64,000 nucleotides of DNA, taken from contig JUEF01000135.1 in the NCBI GenBank assembly GCA_000802045.1, positions 8,287-72,286 of the forward strand, written 5' to 3'. Source of the stretch: Peptococcaceae bacterium BICA1-8 (lineage in GTDB: Bacteria; Bacillota; Peptococcia; Peptococcales; BICA1-8). Each line of letters begins with the position of its first letter. Position 1 is the first letter of the stretch. Below, piece by piece: positions 43,933-52,927 of this stretch. Under the pieces are notes generated by a model. The model was not told where the DNA came from, did not search any database, and worked only from the letters and a program-made list of their open reading frames with translations. The position numbers and the translations under genes were made by a program.

Positions 43933-46504
43933 AATAAAGAGCAATATCTTCCTCTATTTGGCGGTTTTTATGGGGCTAGCTGGGTATATGTCTTTATCAA
44001 TTCATTTAGATTGGATGCAAAAATTATTTCTTCCTACTTTAATTTTAATATTTATCCTCTATCTAACCTTTTTTGCTGTGAAACACATCATGGGGGAAGT
44101 AAACATTCTGTTTTCATTGGTTACCTTTATGGTTATTATTGGCTGGCTGATTCTTATCAGATTACAGCCTCAGTTGGCATTAAGGCACTTGCTTTGGATA
44201 GCTTTGGGTTGTTTACTACTGATCGTATTTTTAAAAACTTTACATATATTACCCAATGATTTTATTTTAAAACACAAATTTTATTGGCTTTTACTAACTC
44301 TTGTTTTACTTCTTATACCTTTAGAGTTTGGGATTAGAATTGGTGGAGCTAAAAGTTGGGTGGATATCTTTGGCTTGCGTTTTCAGCCTTCAGAAGTCGC
44401 CAAACTCTCTTATCTGGTTTTTTTGGCCAGTTGGTTTAAAGATAATGCAAGGGGCGCATGGCAAAAGTCGTGGCCTGCCTGGTTGGGTACAATTGGCTGC
44501 ATAGCCTTACTTGTTTTACAAAGGGATTTAGGAACAGCCTTGATTTTCTATTTAGCATTTTTATTAATCTTATATCTGACATCAGGTAAATTACAGTATT
44601 CTTTTCAAGGCCTATTACTTTTAATAATCGGTTCAATAATTGCATATTTTTCTTTTACCCATGTTCGAGTTCGGGCCATAAGTTGGCTTAATCCTTGGTT
44701 GGAACCCGAAGGCAATGGATATCAAATTATCCAATCCCTTTTTGCTTTAGCCAATGGTGGGATTGTGGGAATGGGTTTAGGTGGTGGTTTCCCTAATAAT
44801 ATTCCTGAAGCACACACTGATTTCGTTTTTGCTGTAATCGGTGAACAGTTAGGTTTACTAGGAGCTACTGGTGTAGTTTTACTGTATCTATTTTTTGCCT
44901 TTTTTTCTTTGAAAAGGGCTCAGTTTATTTCTACTTTTGGGAGTAGGCTTTTGGCCTCAGGGTTAACTTTTGTGCTGGTAGTCCAAGCATTTGTAATAAT
45001 GGGTGGGGTTACGAAGCTGATTCCTTTAACTGGTTTACCCCTTCCCTTTATGGGCTATGGAGGCAGTTCCACTATTAGCAGCTTTGGCATGTTAGGAATT
45101 ATTATCTGGTTAGGTAGGGAAAAAGGTTTTGTATCATCAATGTCCAGAAGCCGATTAATCAATATTAATAAGCTGATTTGGTTTGTTTTTCTCCTCCTAA
45201 TATTGAACCTAGGATATTGGCAGGTAATAAAGGCACAAAATTTGATCGAGCATCCATTTAATGCTAGATCCCGACTTGTGGAAAAATTTACAACCAAAGG
45301 AGTTATTTATGCCGCTGATGGTTCTTTGCTAGCTGGAAATAATGATGAAGGTAACATTCGTTATTATCCTTTAAAAGAAGCGGCTGCTCATATTACGGGC
45401 TATGATTCATTAAAATATGGTAAAGCCGGATTAGAAAGTTCTTTAAATTCATTTTTATACGCAAAAACTCTGCTTAAACCAGGATTTATAGATAGAAAAA
45501 GTGTTGGATGGAATGTATACACCACTATTAATTCAGAATTACAAAAAACAGCATGGTTATTACATAGAGAAAAGGCAGGAGCATCTGTTGTAATAGAAGT
45601 AAAAACAGGTAATATATTAGCACTGGTTTCTAACCCCTCCTATGACCCTAACAGCCTATTAAAAGAATGGGAAAATTATATAGAAAATGAAAGTGGAGTT
45701 TTTTTAAATAGAGCAACTCAAGGCTTATATCCACCTGGTTCAGTGTTTAAAATTATCTCTGGTACAGCCTTATTACGATTAAAACCAGAGGTGGCACGAG
45801 AGTCAAGCTTTATAGAACCACAGATAAATGCTGGCGGTTATGTAATTAAAGATATGTTATACAGATCTAATTTAACTTTTCAAGAGGCTTTAGGTTATTC
45901 AAGTAATCTGTTTTTTGTTAAACATTTTCTTGACTTAGACTGGGAAGATGTTGCCCAGGAATTGCAAAATAGTTTTATGATTTCCAATGATTTTTCTAGT
46001 AAAGAAATCCCTCTTGCTAAGGCTCAACTTGGAAAAGTAATTGATCAAGTTGATGTAGCCTTTACTGTCATCGGACAGGGAGAAGTAGTTGTTACTCCTT
46101 TGCACATTGCAATTTGGGCTGGGGCTATAGCCAATGCGGGATTAATATTGCAGCCTAATATTATAGATAGAATTGTTGATCAGCATGGAATAATCATCGA
46201 AAAGAAAAAGCCCACTGTTTTAGGCAGAGCTTGTTCAGAGGAAAATGCCCAACTTGTTCTGGAAGGTCTAAAATACTCTGTTCAATCAGGAACCGGCAAA
46301 AATGCCAAAATCCCTGGTATGTCCATTGGCGGCAAAACAGGAACGGCTGAAAATATTCATGGTGATCCCCATGCTTGGTTTGTAGGTATAGGCCCTCTGG
46401 AGGATCCTAAAATTGTAGTAGTTACAATTGTAGAAAACGGGGGAAGAGGCGGGGACGCAGCTCTTCCAATAGCGAAAAGTTTGATAGAAGGAGCCCTTCG
46501 GTAA
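43919..46504 (+). CDS. Fusion protein: SEDS glycosyltransferase (RodA/FtsW) plus class B penicillin-binding transpeptidase
   Basis: Residues up to about 410 are polytopic SEDS (…GLPLPFMGYGGSS…). An extra TM helix follows, then a PBP domain with SVFK (SxxK), SSN (SxN) and KTGT motifs. Single uninterrupted 861-aa ORF. Confidence 0.85.
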   Translation: MMSNRIKSNIFLYLAVFMGLAGYMSLSIHLDWMQKLFLPTLILIFILYLTFFAVKHIMGEVNILFSLVTFMVIIGWLILIRLQPQLALRHLLWIALGCLLLIVFLKTLHILPNDFILKHKFYWLLLTLVLLLIPLEFGIRIGGAKSWVDIFGLRFQPSEVAKLSYLVFLASWFKDNARGAWQKSWPAWLGTIGCIALLVLQRDLGTALIFYLAFLLILYLTSGKLQYSFQGLLLLIIGSIIAYFSFTHVRVRAISWLNPWLEPEGNGYQIIQSLFALANGGIVGMGLGGGFPNNIPEAHTDFVFAVIGEQLGLLGATGVVLLYLFFAFFSLKRAQFISTFGSRLLASGLTFVLVVQAFVIMGGVTKLIPLTGLPLPFMGYGGSSTISSFGMLGIIIWLGREKGFVSSMSRSRLININKLIWFVFLLLILNLGYWQVIKAQNLIEHPFNARSRLVEKFTTKGVIYAADGSLLAGNNDEGNIRYYPLKEAAAHITGYDSLKYGKAGLESSLNSFLYAKTLLKPGFIDRKSVGWNVYTTINSELQKTAWLLHREKAGASVVIEVKTGNILALVSNPSYDPNSLLKEWENYIENESGVFLNRATQGLYPPGSVFKIISGTALLRLKPEVARESSFIEPQINAGGYVIKDMLYRSNLTFQEALGYSSNLFFVKHFLDLDWEDVAQELQNSFMISNDFSSKEIPLAKAQLGKVIDQVDVAFTVIGQGEVVVTPLHIAIWAGAIANAGLILQPNIIDRIVDQHGIIIEKKKPTVLGRACSEENAQLVLEGLKYSVQSGTGKNAKIPGMSIGGKTGTAENIHGDPHAWFVGIGPLEDPKIVVVTIVENGGRGGDAALPIAKSLIEGALR

Positions 46505-46516
46505 AGAGGTGGTAGC

Positions 46517-48418
46517 ATGATAGGAAAAAAAATAGGAAATAGATACGAAATATTAGCCCTTATCGGTGGAGGGGGTATGTCTTTAGTTTATCAAGCTAAA
46601 GATATATATTTAAATCGTATTGTGGCTGTAAAGATATTAAGGGAATATTTTACAAGTGACAATGAGTTTGTTCGGCGTTTTAGGCGAGAGGCTCAGGCAG
46701 TTGCCAGTTTATCCCATCCTAATATTGTAAATATTTATGATGTGGGTCAAGATGGAGATACCCATTATTTAGTGATGGAATATATCAAAGGTAAAACCTT
46801 AAAAGAGATAATTATTGAACAAGCTCCGATATCTCTAAATGAAACTATTGATATTGTTAAACAGATATGTGATGCCTTGGAACATGCTCATGAAAACTCT
46901 ATTGTCCATAGAGATATAAAACCCCATAACATCATCATAACTCGGGGTGGACGGGTCAAGGTAACGGATTTTGGTATTGCCAGGGCTGTAAGCACAGCTA
47001 CTGTTACCCATACTCGAGGTATAATAGGTTCTGTTCACTATTTTTCACCAGAGCAGGCTAAAGGTGAGGTTACCGGCGAAAAATCCGATATTTATTCACT
47101 GGGTATTGTCCTTTACGAAATGGTTACCGGTAAGCTTCCCTTTGAAGGGGAGTCACCTATTAGTGTTGCTTTAATGCATATTCAAAGTGAACCAGTGCCA
47201 CCATCTAGACACAATCCCAATCTTACCGATAATATTGAAAAGATTATTTTGAAAGCTATCAAGAAGAATCCTGATGAAAGATATGAAACAGTGGCTAAAC
47301 TTCGGTTAGACTTAAGGGCCTCACTGTTAGGGAAAATATCAGCCCCTGTTGGTGACGCTGGTGACCAACAGGTATTTAGGAATAAAAAATCAGTACAAAC
47401 TGTGTCAGATGATACCTTGGTACTTGATGATAAACCAAGCTTGAAAAATAAACCACCAGAAAAACAACATGGGGAAAAAACTAGAAAAATAAGACCTCTG
47501 GGATATTTGCTCTTAACGCTTCTAAGCCTATTAATTATTGGAGGAGCCATTTGGGGGCTGGGGAAGCTTTGGGTAAAAGAAGAAATTCTGGTTCCAGATA
47601 TTATTGAGCTGTCTGCACCTGAGGCTCAACGGATTCTTGCGGCTGAAAACCTGAAAATGGCCATTGAGAGAGAGATTCCTCATCCTGACATAAAGAAGGA
47701 TCATATTATTAGTCAAGACCCTCTTCCTGAAACAAGAACAAAATCGGGACGTACTATTCAGGTGCTAGTAAGCTCTGGACCTGCCTTAGTCCCAGTACCA
47801 AATGTTGTAGGCAGTTCCCAAATTATTGCTGATGTCAATATTACTAACGCTGGATTGACTGTCGGCAAGGTAGAGCAGCAATACAGTTCTCAATATGCAA
47901 ATGGTATAGTAATGGGTCAGTATCCTGAAGCAGGTGGGCTGGTTCCAGAAAAAAGTTCTATCGACCTTGTAGTTAGTAAGGGTCCCGAACCTCGTAATAT
48001 CTCAATGCCCCCTTTAATTGGGTTGGATTTAAATAACGTAGAAGCGAGGCTTCAGGAAACAGGATTGGAATTAGGTGAAATAACTAGACAAAAAAGTGAA
48101 TTATATCCCTATGATTTTGTTATAGAACAGAATCCTATGGCGGGTAAAGAGGTAATTCAAGGCTCAAAGGTTAACCTGGTGCTAAGTGATGGTCCAGGGC
48201 CTTCAACTCAGTCAGCTAGGGTAGTCCTTAAATTAAATGAATCAGGGCAAGTCAAAATCCAGGTACGGGATGTAAAGGGCGATAGGATTGCCTATGAAAA
48301 ATACCATGAACAAGGGGATGCCTTTGTTGTAAATGTTAATTATTTTGGGCAAGGACTCATAACAGTATATATTGATGATAAAAAGATTAAAGAACAAGTA
48401 GTGCCATCGGAACAATAA
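46517..48418 (+). CDS. pknB: PASTA-domain Ser/Thr protein kinase
   Basis: Hanks kinase motifs (VAVK, HRDIKPHN, DFG), a TM helix and three PASTA repeats. Confidence 0.9.
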   Translation: MIGKKIGNRYEILALIGGGGMSLVYQAKDIYLNRIVAVKILREYFTSDNEFVRRFRREAQAVASLSHPNIVNIYDVGQDGDTHYLVMEYIKGKTLKEIIIEQAPISLNETIDIVKQICDALEHAHENSIVHRDIKPHNIIITRGGRVKVTDFGIARAVSTATVTHTRGIIGSVHYFSPEQAKGEVTGEKSDIYSLGIVLYEMVTGKLPFEGESPISVALMHIQSEPVPPSRHNPNLTDNIEKIILKAIKKNPDERYETVAKLRLDLRASLLGKISAPVGDAGDQQVFRNKKSVQTVSDDTLVLDDKPSLKNKPPEKQHGEKTRKIRPLGYLLLTLLSLLIIGGAIWGLGKLWVKEEILVPDIIELSAPEAQRILAAENLKMAIEREIPHPDIKKDHIISQDPLPETRTKSGRTIQVLVSSGPALVPVPNVVGSSQIIADVNITNAGLTVGKVEQQYSSQYANGIVMGQYPEAGGLVPEKSSIDLVVSKGPEPRNISMPPLIGLDLNNVEARLQETGLELGEITRQKSELYPYDFVIEQNPMAGKEVIQGSKVNLVLSDGPGPSTQSARVVLKLNESGQVKIQVRDVKGDRIAYEKYHEQGDAFVVNVNYFGQGLITVYIDDKKIKEQVVPSEQ

Positions 48419-48430
48419 TGGAGGTTTTGC

Positions 48431-49306
48431 ATGTTAGAAGGAACTATTTTAAAAGGATACAGTGGTTTTTACTATGTCAAATATGAGGAAAAAACCTATG
48501 AATGCTCATTAAGGGGTAAAAACAGATTGAAAAAGGCAAAATTTCTCCCGGGTGATAATGTTGCTTTTGAAGTATTAACTGCTGATTCAGGGGTTATTGC
48601 TAGTATTTTACCTCGTAGGAATGAGTTGATAAGACCTCCAATAGCTAATGTAGAACAGGTAATAATTGTAAGTTCCCTAAACCCTGAACCTGACCTTTGG
48701 TTAATAGATCGGTTAACAATTTTAGCTTTATGGAATGATGTACAGCCTGTAATTTGTTTTAATAAGGCTGATCAGGTTAGCGAAGAAAGTATTTCCATTT
48801 ACCAGGATATATATATTAGTGCCCAGTTCCCTGTTATTGTTACCAGTACTAAAGATAGCAGGGGAATAGACCAGTTGAAAGCTATCCTAAAAAACCGTAT
48901 TTCTGTAGTTGCCGGAGCCTCGGGTGTAGGAAAATCCAGTCTTTTGAACGCTGTTCAACCTGGCCTAAAGCTTCAGACCGGAGAAGTAAGCCAAAAACTA
49001 AAAAGAGGCAGACATACTACACGCCATGTAGAATTATTGCCCTTATCTTCAGGGGGATTAGTTGCTGATACCCCTGGTTTTAGTTCTTTAAATTTACCTC
49101 CAGAAATAATAAGAGAAGAATTATCTTCTTTGTTTCCTGATTTTCAGGAGTTTCGGGAAAATTGTAAATTTTCAACCTGCCAGCATAGGGTAGAGCCGAA
49201 ATGTAGTGTGCGGGAAGCAGTTTCAGAAGGTAAATTATCTGTAAATAGGTATAATAATTACTTAACTTTTTTAGATGAAGTAATTAAACAAGAAAGGAGC
49301 TTTTAA
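48431..49306 (+). CDS. rsgA: Ribosome small-subunit-dependent GTPase A
   Basis: GASGVGKSSL P-loop and C-terminal Cys zinc knuckle (CKFSTCQHRVEPKC). Confidence 0.9.
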   Translation: MLEGTILKGYSGFYYVKYEEKTYECSLRGKNRLKKAKFLPGDNVAFEVLTADSGVIASILPRRNELIRPPIANVEQVIIVSSLNPEPDLWLIDRLTILALWNDVQPVICFNKADQVSEESISIYQDIYISAQFPVIVTSTKDSRGIDQLKAILKNRISVVAGASGVGKSSLLNAVQPGLKLQTGEVSQKLKRGRHTTRHVELLPLSSGGLVADTPGFSSLNLPPEIIREELSSLFPDFQEFRENCKFSTCQHRVEPKCSVREAVSEGKLSVNRYNNYLTFLDEVIKQERSF

Positions 49307-49957
49307 GTGACGATCATTGCGCCTTCATTATTATCTGCAGATTTTAGCATTTTACAAAGTGAAGTACAAAGTATAGAAAATGGAGGTGCGGATTGGCTCC
49401 ATCTAGATATTATGGATGGACATTTTGTACCTAATATTACCTTTGGGCCTATAGTTATTCAATCCCTACGGGCTCACAGTCGTCTTTTTTTTGATTGCCA
49501 TTTAATGATTGAAAAGCCTGATGCATATATAGAAGATTTTGTTAATGCTGGTTCTGATTTGATTACTATTCATGCTGAGACTGTAAATCATTTGCATCGT
49601 TCAATTCAGATTATAAAAAGTTATGGTGTTAAGGCAGGGATTTCTTTAAATCCTGCTACACCTCTTTCGAGCTTAGAATATGTATTAGAAGAGATAGACT
49701 TGGTTTTATTAATGAGTGTCAATCCCGGATTTGGAGGGCAAAAATTTATTCCACAGGTTTTACCAAAAATTAAAATGTTAAAACAAATGATTATGGACCG
49801 TGGGTTAAGTACTGATATTCAGGTTGATGGCGGGGTAAATGCTCAAACAGCTCCCCAAATTGTTAGTGCAGGTGCCAATGTTCTTGTGGCAGGCTCCTTT
49901 GTATTTGGCAGTGATAATAGAGCACAGGCTATATCAGAGTTGAAAAATTTTATTTAA
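49307..49957 (+). CDS. rpe: Ribulose-phosphate 3-epimerase
   Basis: [22 protein letters not shown] and [12 protein letters not shown] motifs. GTG start. Confidence 0.9.
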   Translation: MTIIAPSLLSADFSILQSEVQSIENGGADWLHLDIMDGHFVPNITFGPIVIQSLRAHSRLFFDCHLMIEKPDAYIEDFVNAGSDLITIHAETVNHLHRSIQIIKSYGVKAGISLNPATPLSSLEYVLEEIDLVLLMSVNPGFGGQKFIPQVLPKIKMLKQMIMDRGLSTDIQVDGGVNAQTAPQIVSAGANVLVAGSFVFGSDNRAQAISELKNFI

Positions 49958-49962
49958 TTTTA

Positions 49963-49991
49963 TTGACATTACCCACCGTTTTACTTAATAT
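49963..49991 (+). promoter_or_regulatory. Sigma-A-type promoter for the FMN riboswitch/ribU transcript
   Basis: TTGACA (49963-49968), 17-nt spacer, TAATAT (49986-49991), about 20 nt upstream of the aptamer. Confidence 0.7.
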
Positions 49992-50011
49992 TATATTAAA
50001 GTTAATAATTT

Positions 50012-50121
50012 ACTCTTTCGGGGTTAGGTGCAATTCCTTACCGGCGGTATAGCCCGCGAGCCAAATGGCAGATCCGGTTTAATTCCGGAGCCGACAGTTA
50101 AAGTCTGGATGGAAGAAAGAG
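50012..50121 (+). promoter_or_regulatory. FMN riboswitch (RFN element) aptamer
   Basis: Matches the RFN core: CTCTTTCGGGGTTAGGTGCAATTCCTTACCGGCGGT..AGCCCGCGAGCC...GGTTTAATTCCGGAGCCGACAGTTAAAGTCTGGATGGAAGAAAGAG. The P1 stem closes CTCTTTC with GAAAGAG. Confidence 0.92.
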
Positions 50122-50176
50122 ATTGATTACTATTCATTGCATTTTTGCTTTTGAATGGTAATTATCTTGTTTTATT

Positions 50177-50212
50177 GCCCCGAAGCTCTTATTGCTTCGG
50201 GGCTTATTTGTG
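50177..50212 (+). terminator. Riboswitch expression-platform terminator
   Basis: GCCCCGAAGC-TCTTATT-GCTTCGGGGC followed by TTATTTGTG. Confidence 0.75.
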
Positions 50213-50214
50213 TA

Positions 50215-50500
50215 GTTTTATTAGTGGGCGAGTGGGCGAGAAGTATTATTTAACCACGGGCCCCTCCGGGGCACACCGATAAACACTGTTAAACGATAAG
50301 TGACTAAATTAATGGTTGATGCATCCCTTAAGTTAGACCTTTGAGCAGATGCATCCTGTAATTTTCACTTGCATCGGGTGCCTCCTAATCGGTGACACGG
50401 TAGCACGTCAAGGAAAGCTAGACATTCATGTTCACACGTCCTTACTAGTCACAGATCCCCGGCCACTGAGTACGAATCCCGAAAGACTGTCCCCTAATAC
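50215..50500 (+). repeat. Composite of dispersed repeat modules between the riboswitch terminator and ribU
   Basis: TAGTGGGCGAGTGGGCGAG (50222-50240). Solo ATTTAACCACGGGCCCCTCCGGGGCACACCGAT end (50248-50281). GATGCATC units (50318, 50348). AAGCTAGAC, TAGTCAC, TACGAATCCCGAAAG and TGTCCCC words (50415-50495). Confidence 0.85.
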
Positions 50501-50523
50501 AAAAAACGAGGAGCGATTTTAAA

Positions 50524-51087
50524 ATGACTACAAAAATTTTAGCAAGGATTTCATTACTAGCGGCATTTGGGCTTATTCTGCAGTTTTTTAGCTTTCCATT
50601 ACCATTTTTTCCAGAATACCTTCGTTATGATGCAGCCGAGGTTCCGGCACTTATTGCAGCCTTTGCCATTGGTCCTTGGGCTGGAGTATTGGTGGATTTA
50701 GGAAAAAATCTACTTTCTTTTCTAATTGGTAATGCTCCTGCTGGCATAATCGGAATTACAGCTAATTTTATTGCTGGTGCAACATTCGCTTTTGTTGCTG
50801 GGGTAATTTACTCTATAAATAAAACTAAAGGCAGGGCTGTCTTTGCACTAAGCTGTGGTGTTATTGCCACTACAATAGTAATGGTTGTATCTAATTATTA
50901 TTGGCTTTTACCCTTATGGGGAATACCCAGAAATGCTATCTTGCCATTATTAACTGCATCAATAATCCCCTTTAATCTTTTTAAAGGGGGCTTAACAGGC
51001 TTATTTACTTTTGTTCTTTATAAAAAAGTAAAAGGTTATTTAGAACCGGCGGTAAGTCGGAAAAATGAAGCCTTGGCGGAAAAATAA
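50524..51087 (+). CDS. ribU: ECF-transporter S component for riboflavin (RibU/YpaA type)
   Basis: 187-aa six-TM protein downstream of an FMN riboswitch. GAGGAG RBS. Confidence 0.8.
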   Translation: MTTKILARISLLAAFGLILQFFSFPLPFFPEYLRYDAAEVPALIAAFAIGPWAGVLVDLGKNLLSFLIGNAPAGIIGITANFIAGATFAFVAGVIYSINKTKGRAVFALSCGVIATTIVMVVSNYYWLLPLWGIPRNAILPLLTASIIPFNLFKGGLTGLFTFVLYKKVKGYLEPAVSRKNEALAEK

Positions 51088-51096
51088 GTTACTGGC

Positions 51097-51125
51097 TAGT
51101 GACTAGTGACTAGTGACTGGTGACT
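51097..51125 (-). repeat. Heptamer tandem TAGTGAC x3 plus TGGTGAC (reverse complement of the TAGTCAC family)
   Basis: TAGTGACTAGTGACTAGTGACTGGTGACT. Confidence 0.9.
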
Positions 51126-51131
51126 GGTAAT

Positions 51132-51166
51132 AAGGCTATAGTCCATTGACTATAGTCTATAGCCTT
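51132..51166. repeat. Perfect 10-bp-stem hairpin made of CTATAG words (possible weak ribU terminator)
   Basis: AAGGCTATAG-15 nt-CTATAGCCTT. Contains the ATAGTCCAT word also seen at 29739, 34808 and 52453. Confidence 0.6.
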
Positions 51167-51276
51167 TAGCCGATAGTCAATAGACTATAGTAGAAGTTTT
51201 TAATGACCTGCTTAGCAGGTCTTTTCTTTATCATAAATTGACTATATACTGATTGTTTTTCATAAAGGTCCTTTAT

Positions 51277-51347
51277 CTGGGCACTAGTCACTGAACAACT
51301 AGTCACTGAACAACTAGTCACTGAACAACTGGACACGAAACCAAAAA
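51277..51347 (+). repeat. CTGGGCACT cassette containing an exact 15-bp tandem repeat x3, ending GGACACGAAACCAAAAA
   Basis: AGTCACTGAACAACT at 51286, 51301 and 51316 (exact copies). Confidence 0.95.
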
Positions 51348-51522
51348 TTAGCACAATCACCAGTCATTAGTTACTAATAACCATTGACCATCAACTATCG
51401 TCCAGCGTCCCCAACAAAGCTATTTCTTGTCTTATCCAGATTCTTGTATTAAACTAGTATATGTTTGCAATTATAATAACAAATAACAACTATTAGCTTA
51501 ATTGTACTTGGAGGTTGAATTA

Positions 51523-52395
51523 ATGTGGGATAGTATAGTAAGGGCAACAGCACTAAATAATACCATTAGAGTTTCGGCTGTGGTTACTACAAAGCTGACA
51601 AATGAGGCTAGTTTAAGACATCAAACCTTTCCGGTTGCTACTGCTGCTTTGGGCAGGGTTATGAGTGCCGCTTTATTATTAACTTGGGGTTTAAAAGGAG
51701 AGGGCGCAATTACGGTACGGGTTTTTGGTGATGGACCTTTAGGTGGAATAATTGCTGATGCCAATACTGAAGGTGAAGTAAGGGGTTATGTACAAAACCC
51801 CCATGTTGATTTGCCCTTAAATAATAAAGGCAAGTTAGATGTAGGTGGGGGAGTAGGGGTCGGTAATCTTTATATTACAAAAGATATAGGTTTAAAAGAA
51901 GCATATACTGGCAGTATCCCTCTTGTTTCTGGGGAAATAGGTGAAGATATTGCTAGTTATCTAACAAGGTCGGAGCAAATACCATCATTAGTTTCTTTAG
52001 GTGTTTTAGTAAATCCTGATTTTTCTGTTGAAGCTAGTGGAGGGATTATTATCCAGGTATTACCGGACACTCCTGAAGAGGTTCTCGTGAAAATAGAAGA
52101 AAATACTGCTGAGCTTAAGCCTATTAGCACATTGATTAATGAAGGCAATGGACCGAAAGAATTAATTGCTTTATACCTAAAGGGTATAGATATTAATTAC
52201 TTAGAAGAAAAGCCAGTAAACTTTCGGTGTAAATGCAGCGAAGATAGGATTAAAAATATTTTAGTAAGCTTAGGAGAAGAAGAACTAAAGGATATGATAA
52301 AAAAAGATGGCAAAGGTGAAGTTACCTGCCATTTTTGTAATGAAATATATACCTTAAGTAAAGCAGAGCTAGAAGATATTCTGGAAAATATATAA
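51523..52395 (+). CDS. hslO: Redox-regulated chaperone Hsp33
   Basis: C-terminal zinc centre CKCS...CHFC. ATG at 51523 lies 7 nt after GGAGGT; the ORF track starts at 51502. Confidence 0.9.
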   Translation: MWDSIVRATALNNTIRVSAVVTTKLTNEASLRHQTFPVATAALGRVMSAALLLTWGLKGEGAITVRVFGDGPLGGIIADANTEGEVRGYVQNPHVDLPLNNKGKLDVGGGVGVGNLYITKDIGLKEAYTGSIPLVSGEIGEDIASYLTRSEQIPSLVSLGVLVNPDFSVEASGGIIIQVLPDTPEEVLVKIEENTAELKPISTLINEGNGPKELIALYLKGIDINYLEEKPVNFRCKCSEDRIKNILVSLGEEELKDMIKKDGKGEVTCHFCNEIYTLSKAELEDILENI

Positions 52396-52399
52396 ATAG

Positions 52400-52473
52400 T
52401 TGAGAATTGAGAATGGTCGATGGTATATAGTTATTGGACTAACCCCGTAGGCCATAGTCCATGGGCTATCGAC
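52400..52473. repeat. Heptamer pair TGAGAAT x2 followed by a segment with GTCGAT...ATCGAC inverted ends
   Basis: TGAGAATTGAGAATGGTCGATGGTATATAG...GGCCATAGTCCATGGGCTATCGAC. Confidence 0.75.
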
Positions 52474-52480
52474 GTTATAT

Positions 52481-52513
52481 AAAAAAGATCACCCTGTTGG
52501 GGTGATCCTTTTT
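52481..52513. terminator. Bidirectional terminator between convergent hslO and rpmB
   Basis: A6-GATCACCC-TGTT-GGGGTGATC-CTTTTT. Confidence 0.8.
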
Positions 52514-52703
52514 ATACAGCACGCTTTACTTTTCCGGAACGTAAACAACGGGTGCATACAGTAACTCTTTTGGGAGTACCTTTAACAATCGCTCTTACTT
52601 TTTGTAAGTTAGGCGCCCATTTTTTCTTAGTTCTGATATGGGAGTGACTAACCTGCATACCAGTCATAACACCTTTTCCACAAACATCACATACTCTTGC
52701 CAC
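52512..52703 (-). CDS. rpmB: 50S ribosomal protein L28
   Basis: ARVCDVCGKG...HSHIRTKKKW. GTG start at 52703 lies 8 nt after GGAGGTG; the listed ORF extends further upstream to 52730. Confidence 0.9.
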   Translation of the reverse strand: MARVCDVCGKGVMTGMQVSHSHIRTKKKWAPNLQKVRAIVKGTPKRVTVCTRCLRSGKVKRAV

Positions 52704-52927
52704 GGTGCGCACACCTCCTTCAGTAAACAATCAATCTATTACAAATTAAAAGAAAAATCACTGTTTAATTCTAACAAAAAGCCATGCCCATTGCAAGGTC
52801 AAAAATGATTAAGTACAATATATTTAAAATAAAACCGATGGGTATTATTATATTTTCCTTATGATAAGTGTTTTAAAGCATATAAATGGTATAAAATTAA
52901 ACAAGCTCCCTACTTCTACCTTGGAGA

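Noticed and set aside
44011-44259. 82-aa plus-strand ORF inside the SEDS-PBP gene.
   Set aside because: It is an alternative frame fully embedded in a gene with clear SEDS membrane topology. It has no RBS.
50468-50485. GAGTACGAATCCCGAAAG resembled a tRNA T-arm (GGTTCGAATCC).
   Set aside because: No acceptor, D or anticodon arms can be drawn around it. It is the conserved 3' end of the CTGGGCAC...CGAAnCCCGAAA cassette.
51166-51360. 64-aa minus-strand ORF with SCSVTSCSVTSCSVTS.
   Set aside because: The peptide repeat is a translation of the exact 15-bp x3 tandem repeat at 51286-51330. It has no RBS and lies wholly in repeat DNA.
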